A stretch of DNA of 64,000 nt from Tubiluchus corallicola. Its lineage: Eukaryota > Animalia > Priapulida. The position numbers and the translations under genes were made by a program. The stretch covers positions 62,001-126,000 of the forward strand of contig JAQGDQ010000475.1 of NCBI GenBank assembly GCA_030141605.1. The letters run 5' to 3'. Below are positions 35,701 through 50,900 of this stretch, piece after piece; within the stretch, counting starts at the first letter, position 1, and each line of letters starts with the position of its first letter. The notes below the pieces were generated by a model that saw only the letters and a list, made by a program, of their open reading frames with translations, made no database searches and had not been told where the DNA came from.

Positions 35701-38700
35701 ATTCTCAATTTCTTTTGTGAGTCTTGAGTAAGCTGATAATGCCATTGTCATACGTGAGTGAGAAATTTACTTAAATATGGGAAACCTTTCTGTTTCCTAC
35801 TGAGCTCAATGCTGCTATTGAGTAAGAAATTTACTTTATGGTACCATACTGCTGTGTGACATTGAGTGTGAATCGGAAAAACTCATTGTTTGCAACTTCA
35901 AATTTATTGCTGAGTCAGCGCATATTTTTCCGATGTCATAATGTGGTTTGTTTACGGTGTTAATAATCTTGTACATCTAAGCAAGCTAAATGGTCTATGC
36001 AATTGCATGTAATTTTGGACTGTGAAATTCGGAACCGGCAAAAACGGTTCTTACGAGACGTTTTAACTACTTTGGTTTCATTCAGACAAATTAAAGAAGA
36101 GAGAAGCGAATTTTAAAGTATGTCCCAATCAGACAAATTAAAGGGAAAGACAAGCGAATTTTAAAGTATGTCCCAATCAGACAAATTAAAGGGAAAGACA
36201 AGCGAATTTTGAAGTATGTGCCAAAGACTTTCTAATTAAAGTCTGTTTAGGATATTACTTAGCATTGTGCTTATCTGTTTGAAAGACTTATGTAATTGGA
36301 AGAGAAAATTCTTAGTAATTTAAAATATTCGCACCACCTGGTAAAACGTCATTGCATCGCCATCCCAGTGTGCACCACTGATTCATTAGAAGACACGTTA
36401 TTGATCTTATTAACAATATGGGGTAATTTAAATTTTTTCTTAGTTAGCGAGAGTGTGCCTCATAGTCACCAGTAAACTTATTACTAAAGGAGTCGGAATC
36501 GGAGTTGTTAAAAATTAGGGTTTTGGAGTCAGAGTCGGGAGTCGGAGTCGGCAATAAACTTAATGCTAAAGGAGTCGGAGTTGTTAAAAATTAGGGTTTT
36601 GGAGTCAGAGTTGTGAAGTCGGAGTCGGCAATAAACTTATTGCTAAAGGAGTCGGAGTTGAGGCTCCTAAAATTTTAGGAGTCGAAGCTGGATGTCCTAG
36701 AATGTAGGAGTCGGAGCCAGAGTCAGGAGCTTAATGTACCGTCTTCACAGCCCTGCTATAAATGCTCTGATTGTTTTTTCAAACTTTTTCCAATGTTATC
36801 TGAACTTGCTTAAATTGGCTCGTCATTAAAACGGCCGCAGTCTAAATTTACGAGTTTTATACAGCGTTACTGCCAACGCAAGCCCTGTGTGCAGTATGAA
36901 AGCGTGTATGTGATACAAAATTTCAAGGCGTATTTTTTAATATTTATTTATTAAAAGTCTTCTTGAACTGTAACTATTACTGTGCAAAATATAACTATTA
37001 GCAAGTGCATCCTGTCTGTATTATTATTATTAATTAATTAATAAGTATTAATTATCAATAATTAGTATTATTACTATTAGAATCCTGTCTGTAAAAATGT
37101 ATGCAGTGCTGACGTTTAATTTCTTACTTTTCCAGAACATCAGATCTCAAGAGGGATTACTCAACATAGATCCCAGGAAGGAACCGCTTCGGAAGGAATT
37201 ATCATCCGGGAAATTTTCCATCTTGGTAAACGCTTAAGTATTTTATGACTGTAAATAAGGGCGCGTTCAGACTGGCAGCTTTTCTGTCACTAACAACTGA
37301 GTAACTAACCAGTTAAAGGACAAGAAAATGGCGGACCAAAGTAAGCCTCAGAAAATTCGCAATAAAAAATTATATCACCTAAGTATAATCTTAAGCGAAT
37401 AAAGTACTCACGGTTTTGCATTTACTCCAATTTTTCTAAAATATTTCAACCGCTGCAGTAAACGTTGGCGCAGACATGTTTCATTTAGTCCGCCAATTGA
37501 AAAGCCAGTATGTGACTGATCATCATGACATCACTCGAACACAGTCGCAGTGAGTTCTGAGCACGTGTACTATAAAAATTTGTGTTGTGGTTCTGTGATG
37601 CCATCTAATATGACGCCACCATGACAGTCTCGCGGGAAAATTGAAATGAAAACAAACAGGAAATTCTTTTAACGTGAAAATGATAAGCGCTTAAGATTGA
37701 CTCTAACCGTTATGATTCTTTAGCGAAAATTTAGCGAGACTTGTTTAACTAGGCCTTTTCTTATCCTTTAAATGTTATTATTTGTAGTCGGTTAATCGTT
37801 TAAGAACATATCAAATGGAAAGTTGAAATCTAGCACGCGCCAGCGAGAATGTCCAACATGGCGGCATCCTCGTAACATACACGAGTGAAAAACTTTTTGC
37901 AATTTGCCGTTTAGATGCTTTTTAGGCAACCAGATTAAATGAAACAATATTGTAGCTAGCACAATTTTATGTAAGAAGAACATTGCTATAACTGCGTACG
38001 ACAACTCAGAAAGATACAAGGTTTCATTGATATGGACACGTAGAAAACTTGGCTAAGTAACGGCTTTAAAATATTGAAAGGAAACATACTGTTAATGCAT
38101 AAATTAGAGTGTTTACAGCTATTGCAAGACTGGGTGCGGTTTTCCTTTAAAACATTTTAAAACTTCTACAACCATCATAGTCGCAATTAAAGCAAAACCC
38201 GATCCAATCTTAAACTGTACGTCAAAACAATCTACTCTTTAAGATATTGAAGTGAAACACCTTATTATTTCCAAAAGTGACTTACGTGAGAGAATTATTA
38301 CCACATAAAGATAATTTCATGTTCGCACCATTAGTTCTTCTCTGTTACATGCATTTCGCCAGTTGCTAGTTAGACGGACACTAGCGCCTGCACGACGAAA
38401 GTGCATTGCACAGAAAACAGGTGCTGTACGTCTCAGTTCAGATGTGTTAGTTTGTGATGTTCGATGGCTCATTCGTGAGTGCAGCGGTAAATTTGAAATT
38501 TGAATTTTTATCTTAAAACTTGCCTAATTTTAGTACAACACACTGAATACCTTACAGTAGCACTGTACTTTAATTTTTGCTTTCGCAAACACGTGCAACA
38601 CACTCGTGGAATATTGCTGGTTTGTGATGTTGTAACTAGTTGGGCTCGTCCGCTATTGATTAAGGTTTTAATCTATTATTTAATTATCAGCAACACTTTT

Positions 38701-41390
38701 GCAGTATTAATTGTGTCAAAATGTGCACTTTTTATCGGATTGCAAAATTGGATAGTATAGGAAAAATCATCCCGTCTTCCTTTAAACTTCTCAGCCTTGG
38801 TACTTGCAGTCCTTAAATAGGACGTTCAGATTGGCTTGAATTTGAAGTGTTAGCGTTTGGACATGTTTGCTTTGTGTTTAAAGCGTTGTAAGAATCAAAC
38901 ACAGCGTTTATCGGTAAATCAAGGTTTTGTAATATTACTTGTGAAACTGTCTGTTGTTATTTCAAAATCAACTGTAAATTCATTTTAATTGAAACGAATT
39001 TAATTGAAACTGTGAATTTGTTTTTTTTATTTTAGCCATCAAGAGACAGTAACGGAGCAGCTATAGCTGTCTTTCAAGCATGTCAGCATCATCCGAATCA
39101 AGTTGCGCATAGGACGGTGCTGCAGTGTGTTGTGTATCAGTTGGACGTTGCCTTAGACAAGTAGGTTTTGAAGATATTGAGCTAATTTGAGTAGAGAGAG
39201 AGAGGGAGAGAGAGAGAGAGAGAGGGGGAGAGAGAGAGAAAGGAGGGCAGAGAGAGATAGAGAGAGAGGGGGGAGAGAGAGACAGAGAGAGAGAAGGGGG
39301 AAGGATGGAGGGAGAGAGAGAGGGGGGAAGGATGGAGGGAGAGAGAGAGAGAAGAGAGAGAGAGAGGGGGGAGACACACAGAGAGAGAGAGAGAGAGGCA
39401 TTATAAAAGGGACATTATAAAGCGGTTTGTCTTGTATTTTAAAGTTTTGTAATGATTTTGTAATTACGATCGACATTTGTGAGAACTATTATTAATCTTA
39501 CTTTGACATCATTCGGAGTAACTAGGTTAAGTTCTCTAAACTCGGTGATTAATAGAGCGACGACTCGCGATGCTTTTCCTTAAAATTGCAGTTCGTGTAA
39601 TTAGCATATTAAAACTGCGGAAGTGCTCGCTGTGGGAATTGAGCAATTGCGTCGAGCGTGTGATTGTTACTCTGGCACTTATTGTAGAGTTCTGCCCATC
39701 ACGAACTTTGCACTGTCATGCCCACTGGCTGTATAAGCGGGCCAGATATGATTAGTCATATTATTAGTATTCGCAGCACACAGCCTGGGTGGTAACTACA
39801 GGTATTTGATAGACTTGTGTTTAAAAGCTGTTGAGAGTGGTGTCGTTAAAGGAAAACCGGATGGCCGTGTTAACACGAGTTCAGAACAAAGAATGCTCTA
39901 AAATGTTGAAAACTACAATAGCTTTTTTTAAATCAAAGCTTAGATTAAATAATAATTACCTCAGATACTCAAATTTTGCTAAAGTTTCAAAGCGCGGCTC
40001 AGTGAATCTACTAAGATTGGCAGTGGCGCCTTTTTGCCACATTCGAGTGGCCGACAAATAGAAGCGGTACCGCGGTCAGCATGATCTTGAACTGCAGTGT
40101 TAGTTTCTGACGTCATATGACGTAGAGCCCATTTTGCGACATCACGCATTGAAGCAGTTCTGTGAAATGTATGCAAATGTGCTTGGTTGCACAAGGGAAG
40201 ATGCCTGCCATTGCACAAACTGTGGGTAGTTTCTGATGTAAGCAATAGCTCAGTTGCCGTTAATTAACTTTCTAAGCTAATTATTCAAATATAAGAAACA
40301 ATTGCTAAGTTTTATAGGCAAGAAAATGTATATTTTGGACAGTAAATTAAAATGAGATTGAGTCTAATAAATCATCCGGTTTTTCTTTAAGCTTAATTTA
40401 TGTGGTGTCAAGCAAATCGTGCTCGGGGATAGCGCAAACAAACAAGGGGTCAATGTGCTTCTTGCTCGAGAGGTTTATTGCTAAAAAATTTATTTAGCCA
40501 TAAAAAAATTTGCTTAAGAAATTCTGTGGACACACATGCATCAGTGCAGCCGCCTGCTGGTACCCATGATTGCAGTGTTCCCTCGCTACTTCGCTGTCTG
40601 TTTATCGCGGACTCGCTGTTTCGCGGCTTTTCAAAGAATATTATAAATCATAAAAAATGACCATTTACAGTAAATAGTGTATTTATTCGGCAGATGAATA
40701 CACACCAAAAACGAAATGTAGTACTTTGCGCCCGCTTGAGATGCTACTTGCCGACGCGAGATTGTACACAACGCACGATTGGTTGATTAATGGAAAGCGG
40801 CCAACCAGAGAATGCTGCTCTGTATCCCAGTCGCTGATTGGCTCGGGTATCGTGCAATTTGTTTTCTTGTACGTTATTTGTGAAATTTTCGTTAGAGACT
40901 GAATTTATTCAAGCCCTACAATGCCACCCAAGCATGTAAGTATTAAATAAGTATAGCGTCCCTACTTATTCGCTTATCGCGGGCGGGCCTGGAATGGAAC
41001 ATCCGCAATAAGTGAGGGAACACTGTAGATTTACATTAGAATAAGCATTGTAATTTACATTAATGAGCCATAGCAACCAACTGGGCAACAGACGAGGCAA
41101 CCGGGCACATCGTAACTAACGATTGTGGTTTTACACCAGTCTAGTAGTAATGCGTCTGCTTTCCGTCTGGGAGGTCGTGAGTTCGAATCAGCGGCCGGGT
41201 CATACCGAAGACTTTAGAAATGGTACCTGCTGTTGCCCTGCTTGACGCGTGGTATTTAGGGTAAAAGTGGGGTAATAATAGTCTCTGTTATGTAGTTGTA
41301 GGTTGTTACTTACAGTCGGCGATGATAGCTCTTTGAGCTAATGTTAATTGTTGACCCAAAAGCCGACTTTAAATAAAGATTATTATTATT

Positions 41391-41426
<36 letters not shown>

Positions 41427-44400
41427 ATTATTATTATTATTATTATTTGGTTTATGATTGTTTCTTTGTTTGTTCTTTTAGCTCAGAGACACAGAGAAAT
41501 GGACTGGTTTTTATTTACGACATGACAAATTCGAAGTACAACAACTTTGACTATGAGCTTAGCCAAAAGATTTTAACAATGCTCAAGGTAAGGCGATTTA
41601 TGTTATTTATTCATTCGATGCTAACGAACGATGAACCCCTTCAGTCACATCAGATCATGTGGTCTTAGTGGACTCAATAAAGACGCAAAAAGGGGCATCT
41701 GTTAATTGAACAATATGTCGAGTTTTTTGAGGATGTGAAATCTGCGCCTTTAGTTCCACAAGAAAATGATCTTGTTGATGAAAGATGGGAAGAGGAGGTT
41801 AGGGCAAAAGCAAAAACCTTTAATGCAGGGGGTGTGCAAATTGCGGCCCGCGAATAGTTTTGTCAACCTAATGAAAGTGCGGCCCGGGCGATTAATTGAG
41901 TGTATCCAGCTGAAGTCCGTGCCACGATCCCAAAGATAGGGCGGGTAGTTTTTTCTACTAGATCGGATGCTATTAACCCTTACAAGACGGTTGTAGCTTA
42001 ATGTCACTGTACTACACAGACTGTGTGATACACATTACTAATATGCATTGTAATGAATTTACCACTATCTGTCCTGAAAGTAGAAATATATGGTTTGTAA
42101 TATAAATTTTAATAACTTCTAAAATAGTTTCTTGAGTGTAGTAGTAATGATGTGCGCAGGTCGGATGCAAAAAAATCGTTATTTTGCTTTTCTGTACTTG
42201 GCTCCTTGATCAAACTGCCTGTGGCCCGCAGGAATTGCGGGAAAGTTTAATGTGGCCCGTCTAGTCAGATAATTTACACACCCCTGCTCTAATGGAATGT
42301 AACCTGCCAGTGACGTAATTATGTATGTTAACATTAAATGCGCCCACACTCTGTTACAGCAGGTTTGATGAAACTTTGACTATGTACTGTCGTTAGGAGC
42401 ATAAATTACAAATGCAGTCTACAATAATTATGTTTGCAGTTCTTCTAACCGAGCAACTGATGAAGTGAATTTCTGTTAGTAGCAATCTAACTGTCTATCC
42501 GAAGTTTACATTACGTTAGAAAATTGCATGTACGAAGTGCTGAAGAATTTTTAATAGGTGATACATGTTTAGCTATGATACATATGATCATATCTCCTTA
42601 GGTCAGATCCAAAATGTCGATAATAATATGTTGTTTTTCCGTTTGTAGGGTGGTTATCCGGCCAGGCTGAAGAAGGTTCTTATAGTCTCGGCACCGTTGT
42701 GGTTTAGAGCCCCGTTTAACATTTTGCGAATGTTTTTAAGGCAAAAACTGCGCGATAGGGTAAGTGACATTTTATGCCAACCGGTGGGCGGTCCACGTTG
42801 TACAGTAGTAATGGGACAAACCGTTTGAAATGCCGGTCCAAGCTGGGTCGATCTGCCTAACCGGTCGGTTTGATTTGGTCCGGCAGTGACGTTATAGCTC
42901 TTCTATTCGACTCAGTTTGACCCGCAGCTCGTTGTACAGTAGTAATGGGACAAACCATTTGAACTGTTGGTCCAAGCTGGGTCAATCTGCTTACCCGGTC
43001 GGTTTGATTTGGTTCGGCACTGACGTTATAGCTCTACTATTCGACTCAGTTTGACCCGCAGCTCGTTGTACAGTAGTAATGGGACAAACCATTTGAACTG
43101 TTGGTCCAAGCTGGGTCAATCTGCTTACCCGGTCGGTTTGATTTGGTCCGGCAGTGACGTTATGGCTCTTCTATTCGACTCAGTTTGACCCGCAGCTCGT
43201 TGTACAGTAGTAATGGGACAAACCGTTTGAACTGTCTGTCCAAGCTGAGTCGATCTGCTTAGCCGGTCGGTTTGATTTGGTCCAACGTTCTGTTCGACTC
43301 AGTTTGACCCGCGGTTCATACTCAGTTCGTAATTAACATTGTAGGTTAATTGTTAAAATAAGCTGAACTTAACAAACCAAATCTTACACAATCCGTGGCG
43401 GAAAAATTTTAAAATCAATTTACATCTTAGTTACAACATTGCAACTGTAAAATGCGATTTGAAAAAGATTTGCCACCCTCGTTAAGATATTTACCATTTA
43501 CCGAATTTCGGATTTGCAGAATTTTCGGTCGCCGAACCAAACCGACAATTCGGTTTCGTTTTGGTTTGTTTCGGTTCAGTAGAACAGTGTGTTGTCCAAT
43601 TTGTTGCTATTTGGGTTGGACGCTATAATCAGTTTCGGTTAGAATTCGGTTTCTGGACATCTATAAGGTAGAGCTTTAATTTTTGCGTTATTAAAATGTC
43701 GAATTTGTGACTCCCCAAGTCGGATCACACCGAATTTCTGCACTTTCGCATGCGAATATTTAGACTTCAATGTATTCAATTACTTACTTACTTACTTACT
43801 GACTGACTGACTGACTGACTGACTGACTGACTGACTGACTGACTGACTGGCTTACTTACCTACTTACTTAGTTACTTACTTCCTTAATTACTTAGTTACT
43901 TACTTACTTACTTACTTATTTACTTACTTACTTATTTACTTACTTTCTTACTTACTGACTGACTAACGGACTGACTGACCCGCTTACTTACTTACCTACC
44001 TACTTACTTATTTACTTACTTACTTAGTTCCTTACTTTAGTATTCAACGTCATTGCTCACCTCTAATGACGAGTTTAATTCCAGGTTTACACAACGAACA
44101 TGCCCCAGTTGAGGCAGCATATTCCGGACGAGTCGCTGCCCCAGTCGCTAGGTGGTCAGCTAGCGGTGGACCACGGTCAGTGGGTGCATTATTGCATGGT
44201 CAACGTCGACAACTATTTGAAGTCGGACTATTGTGACATTAGCTCTTTCTTAGACAACAAATTCAATCAGCTGGCGAGTCTAAACGCGAACAGCGACAAG
44301 GAGGTGAGCGTCACCAGCAGCAACGCCAGCGTCGACTTCGCCAGCGACGCGTCCGGCGACGTGCTCATCGGCGTGACGGAGAAGCACCAGAGCGAGACGG

Positions 44401-47400
44401 CGGAGAAGGAGATCGCGAAGACGACGCACAACGGTCCGGAGAGCATGAGCATCTCGTACGGCAATCACTCGAACGACAGCGCGATCGACGCCGGCACGCC
44501 GATCAGCGATCAGGACAGCCTGGTGAATTCGCTGCACTTGGGCGAGGAGGGCGTGAGCGTGGAGAAATTTGTGGAGTTTGTGCGACGGAAGGGTCGCAAG
44601 GGACTTTTTCATGATTATAGTGTGATTCGGTCGACTGATCCGGATGGATCATTCGAAGCATCGAGGTACGTATTATAATGGTTTGCTACAATAAGCCTTT
44701 TCACACTTTCGTTGTGCGCACGCGCTGTTGCTGTAGGTCAAAGGTTAAGTGTACCATAGCAACGGGTCTTAACTACAACTATTATGTGATGTGTGCATAA
44801 AGCAAAGCTGTCTGTTGCATCAGTTCAGTGACGTCAGTTGCTGTAGGTCAAAGGTTAAGTGTGCCACAGCAACGGGTCTTGACTAACACCATCACGTGAC
44901 ATGCGGGTAAAGCAAAGCCATCTGTCGCATCAGTTCAGCAACTCCAGTTGTTTTACATGGGATTAACTATACATTGGCCTGTTTGTAGAGTGATTTACTA
45001 GCAAGATCCAGCTTGGGAAGAACAAAAAATGAACTGGGTAAGGTTCTAGCTACCTGTTAAAATTGTTACTATTACAACAGCGTGAGCTGCGAGGCGTTGG
45101 CAAGCGTACACAAATACGTTGTCGGGCACACTTAACCTTTGACCTTGTCGCGATCGTCATCAATCGCTGGAACTGTGAAAAGGCTTAACATAACGTATAT
45201 TTGCTGGAGCTATTGAAGCTCCTTTAAGTTGCAATTTCATACTGTGTTCTTTACGGCAAGAATATATGATTATGAAAACCAATGTAAAATTGGTCCTTGA
45301 AATGTGATAACGAAAGTCGTCTATGACTTTAGGAATCTCCAGAAAAACAAGAGGAAAGAAGATAAAAAGGTCACTTTGTTTCAAAGTACCGCTGTTCTTT
45401 ATCTTCATGTAAAACAGAAAGACAAATGAATCGTAACGAAGTACTTATGCTAATTTTTCGGCGGGAGTTTTCTAATCTAATCTCACCTGGTACTTTCAGA
45501 GCCAGGTACAATCTGCACAAAAATCGATATACAGACGTCTTATGTTACGACCATTCGAGAGTAAAGCTCTCGTCTAAAGACGACGACCCGTCTTCGGATT
45601 ATATAAACGCCAATTATGTAGATGGTTATAAGCAACCGAATGCCTTCATATCAACTCAAGGTAACATTTTAAAAGTTGTTAATCTATTTGTTAGTTACAC
45701 TATCTTTAGCAGGGATGAGAATTTTCCGTGGATGCCCAGAATTCCGAGTTTTTGGAAGACCAGTAGTGCCATTTTTGTAAATCGCGTAAATTCGTTGAGA
45801 AAATTTTTATGGACCAAGTACATTCACAAACTGACCGCTAGTTGGCAGGCCGTCACTTTGTTTACGTACATCAGTGTAACCACGTGTAGATCTCTATGTA
45901 TAAAAATGTAGATTCAATTGTGCAGAGTTATTTGAGTCAATTGCAGATAGTTTTTATATACTTTTGCATAGGAGCGGCGTTTTTGAGACAATTGGGTATC
46001 ATGTATCCTTGATAGTTGGATATTTTAAGTTATGCATGAAACAAGGTAATTGATATTTTAAGTCCACTTAGAGGCTCTCTATGGTCACAAAATTGCAATT
46101 TGTTGCTGGCTCCAAGGGGACTTCGCCCCCCTTGCACCCCCATGGGGGCCTACGTGGCCCCCAACCCCCGTCCTGTTTCAGAATTTTTTTGCAATTTCTC
46201 ATTCTCATCCCTGTTTTAGTAGGTGGCGTCTGATCAGTTCCGGCTCTTAGTTAAAATGGCTAGGGATGCCGTATCACTGAATGAACAACGTATTATAATA
46301 CTGAGGTTAGCTCTTTCAGGACTGCACCACTCAAAATAGGTCTTATAAGACCTGTGACTTTTCTGCTACTGTATGAACACAGACATAATTATATGATTAC
46401 AAATTAGATACTGTTCTATTCTGGAGTATCTCGGCTATCCAATCATGCTGTTTGTTTAACCCTTTTAGTCCCAAATTATTTTTTTAATAAGAAAAATTTT
46501 TTTGGCTTGGTACTTTTGTTCAGTATGTCCATCTTGTTTACACATAATAATTGTTTTTTTCTACCTGTACCCGCGTGCTAAATATAGCCTGTATCCCACG
46601 GATACATTGGGATTCAATGGAAACATAAAATGTGCTTCATTTTGCAACTGCTGATAATTTTTTAAAGTATTTAAGACATTTAGTATGCATGCCATGCTGA
46701 TCTGTACAAAGTCGTCTCTAAAGTACTGTACCTTGCGCAGTTTTTTGTAATTTCTTTTCTAATTTGCCATTTTATCACCATTTTTAGTCGCCTGTTATTG
46801 GCTTAAATCAAAATAACTATTAACAGATCAAATAACTGTCAGTTTTAAAATTTTATTAATTTTAAAGGCAGAAAATATTCTCGTATCCCACGGGGTACAA
46901 CAGGTATGAAAGGGTTAAACATTTACAAGTGATTAATTTGGTAGATTAAGAAAAACAGTTTGTCTTTAGGCACTCCAACTTAGCCTATTGAGTAGCTTTG
47001 CCTAGTGCACACTTGCGTGATCGTACACACTACTTTTATTGATCACCTGCTTGCTACAGCCCAAGCTGTGCAATGTTCTGCTGCTATTGCAGGAAAAACT
47101 AATTGATCAGCCAAGGACAAACTAAGCTTGTTTCATATTTTAACAGGACTTTTTCCTGAAAAATATAATAGACTTGAGGCCAAAGTGTATCAGAGTGTTG
47201 TGTCTGAGTAGTTAAAATTTTCTGCATTAGCGGATTTCACACACTGTACATTGTTACTGTGCAAACACTGCAGTTACTGAAAGCTTTTTCCATTTTTTTT
47301 CATCAAAAATCCATTTTTAATTTACCTAAGATAAACAAATGCATTTCGTATATAATTTTGCATGAAAATCCATTGTATGAGGAGTAGAAACCTACAAAAA

Positions 47401-47876
47401 TGATCAACTATCATGTAATTGTTGCTTAGTGAGAGCAGCTTTTCATGAACCCATGCAAAACGCAGCATACGCTTACTGTCCTAAAGGAGCTAATACTAAA
47501 TCATTTGATATTTAATAATGGCACATAATTATATATTATCTTTTTGCTTTTTTGTGTCTGTAGGCCTTGTCGTTCAGACTTGCAAACATTGCATGAAACA
47601 ATGTTATTGTTTATTCTTTATTGATCAGTTAAATTCCTTTATTTCAATACATACAATGATACCATATAAAACATGCAATAAAATAAAGGAGGCACAAAAA
47701 ATTGACGCATATTCTAATTAAAAAAGAACAAGTCGTGTATGAAAAACTTAGTAGGTAGTTAATTGCTTATTATCTGTACTGTAAAATTGCACTCAATGGC
47801 TGCCTATGTTTATTTGGTACCTAATATCATAGACGATGTTTGAGGGGCTCTGTCCTATGTACAGGACATACGTTGT

Positions 47877-47913
<37 letters not shown>

Positions 47914-50900
47914 GCGTGTGCGCATGCGCGTGCGTGCGTGTGTGTACGTGTGCATGTACGTGTGCGTATATTTATATATATATATATATGTTGTTATAGA
48001 AATTTAAATATATGTATATACAGCAAACCGTTATGGTCCTCAAGGAGCTAAACTTTAATTCCTGTCTTATGTTCTTTATCCCATTTTTATGCTTATCCCA
48101 ATTCCGAGTAAATTTGCTCTTTTGTAGGTCCTTTGCCAAAGACGTTTGCTGACTTCTGGCGAATGGTGTGGGAAGAACAAGTGCTAGTTATCGTCATGAC
48201 AACACGGTAAGGGAAACTGTGAAATTTGGGGGCGGGGCGTTGTTGATTTGGTTGTGTTCCTGATGGTGAATACCATGTGCTGCCATCTGCTGAACTAATG
48301 GTGTTTATCTGCTGTTTTTTGTTCGAGGGTCAAATCCGAATGTGGCTAATTGTCCTCCGCCATCACAATGTCCATTTTTATCTGCATTTGTTCAGGGATG
48401 AGAATTTTCCGTGGATACGCGGAATTCCGAGTTTTTGGAAGACTAGTAGTGCCATTTTTGTAAAGCGCGTAAATTCGTTGAGAAAATTTTTACGGACCCA
48501 GTACATTATTTCACAAGCTGACCGCTAGTTGGCAGGCTGTCACTTTGTTTACATCACGTACATCAGTGTAACCACATGTATATCTCTATGTATAAAAATA
48601 TAGAATCAATTGTGCGGAGTTATTTGAGTCAATTGCAGACGGTTTTTATATACTTTTGCATAAGAGCGGCCAGTACTTAGGCATTTTTGAGACAATTAGG
48701 TATCATGTATCCTTGATAGTTGGGTATTTTAAATTATGCATGAAACAAGGTAATTGATATTTTAAGTCCACTTAGAGGGAGGCTCTCTATGGTCACAAAA
48801 TTGCAATTTGTTGCTGGCTCCAAGGGGGCTTTGCTCTTCAACCCCATTGGGGGCTTAGGCAGCCCCAAAACTCCCGGCCTGTTTCAGAGTTTTTTGCAAT
48901 TTGTCATTCTCATCCCTGTTTTGTTCTGCTAATGAGCAGGGGGGGAGCATCGAACCTTCTAATTCGAGCGTCTGACTTTGATTCGAACGAGTTTTTTTAG
49001 AATTCGAATTCGATTTGAACATAAAATCATAGATTCGAATAATGATAATGAATGCATCGTGCAGTTAGCTTAATTTAGTTTAATGCAGCTAAATTATCAG
49101 CAGTTTTACTGCAGAACAAATTCTTTTAATGTGCATGATCTTTGTAAGACTAATTTTTGCTGGTGGTTCAAAAACTTGTTCAAAAATCTTTCAATCTCAA
49201 TTCGAATTCGAAATACCGAAGTTCGGTTCGATACGAATTCGAAAGGCACGGATTCCGTTCGATTCGAATTCGCTTTCTGATGGAGAATACTAACGGGCTG
49301 TGTTAAGCATTCGGGTACATTTGATGGCACCGTCTGTTAAAATGGGAGACACTTGATAAATATTGTCGTTTTTTGACTTTCTTAATTTTCGCTACTCATC
49401 GTAATCTGTATAATTAATTTCGGTGGTATGTTATATATTTATATATATATAAGATTTGAAGCTACAGCTTCGACGGCGGCCTCATTTGCAGCGATCTATA
49501 CATCAAATGAAAGGTCTCGATTTAGTGTCGTGCCATTGGGGGTTTATTTTTCGAATCGGGTCCACCGAGACGAACGGGGGAGGGAGTCGAAAAACTTCCA
49601 AAATGGCCATTTTTTGCAAAACTTATACCTCTTATTTCTTGAGAGCGGAAATGGACTGTGGGCAGTGCTGGCATCGGTTGAATGGCCCATTCAGCGGTGG
49701 GTGTAGTAGGCTTATTTAGAATTTGTGGAAGGGCCACGGCGCATTGTGACAGACGTTTTGCCGAACCCAACTCTTGATTTTTTCGAAATTTTAGCCAAGC
49801 GGCCTGTAGAAAAACGTTGTAGCGGCACCTGGTGGGACTCTCGAAAGGAGATATATAGCTCTTTAGAAAGAGGGGAGAACAGGGCTAGACGATGATGTGG
49901 CTGTATTTTAGGAGGTATCCTCCCTGAGGAGCTGTGACGGGTTGATTGGAGGTTCCATTTCGGGCGTTTGTCCCTTGGAAAACAGCTGATGCAAAGCCAT
50001 TGTTCTGACGTCATCCATTATACTCTGCCTATATTCCTTATAACTTTAATTCAGTAAAAGCTGCTACTGGTTTTGTATTATAAATGAGAACTATGTAGGA
50101 TGTTCGTGTATTATTGATTATATTTGTATTTTTTGCGTGGGTTAATTATTTTTTTCTCTATCGTGTATAGCTTCTTGTTGCTGCTTTCGAATTTTTTTCG
50201 CACAGGTGTATTTGTAATTGGTTAAAATTATTGATCTTTCTTCAGGACCGTGGAGCGAGGGCGGGTAAAGTGCGGTCAGTACTGGCCGAAAGACGTGGAG
50301 GGTGCTGAACAGTATGGTGATCTCATTATTATCAACGTCAGCTGTCAGGAACACAGAGACTACACATTCACCACTCTTTCGATACAAAACACACAGGTAC
50401 TTGTTGTTGCAAAGGTTTCCCATCTTGCTTATAAACGTCAGCTGTCAGGAACATAGAGACTATACATTCACCACTCTTTCGATACAAAACACACGGGCAC
50501 TTGTTGTTGCAAAGGTTTCCCACCTTGCTTATAAACGTCAGCTGTCAGGAACACAGAGACTATACATTCACCACTCTTTCGATACAAAACACACAGGTAC
50601 TTGTTGTTGCAAAGGTTTCCCACCTTGCTTATAAACGTCAGCTGTCAGGAACATAGAGACTACACATTCACCACTCTTTCGATATAAAACACACGGGTAC
50701 TTGTTGTCGCAAAGGTTTCCCACCTTGCTTATAAACGTCAGGTGTCAGGAACACAGAGACTATACATTCACCACTCTTTCAATACAAAACACACGGGTAC
50801 TTGTTGTTGCAAAGGTTTCCCACCTTGCTTATAAACGTCAGCTGTCAGGAACATAGAGACTATACATTCACCACTCTTTCGATACAAAACACACTGGTAC

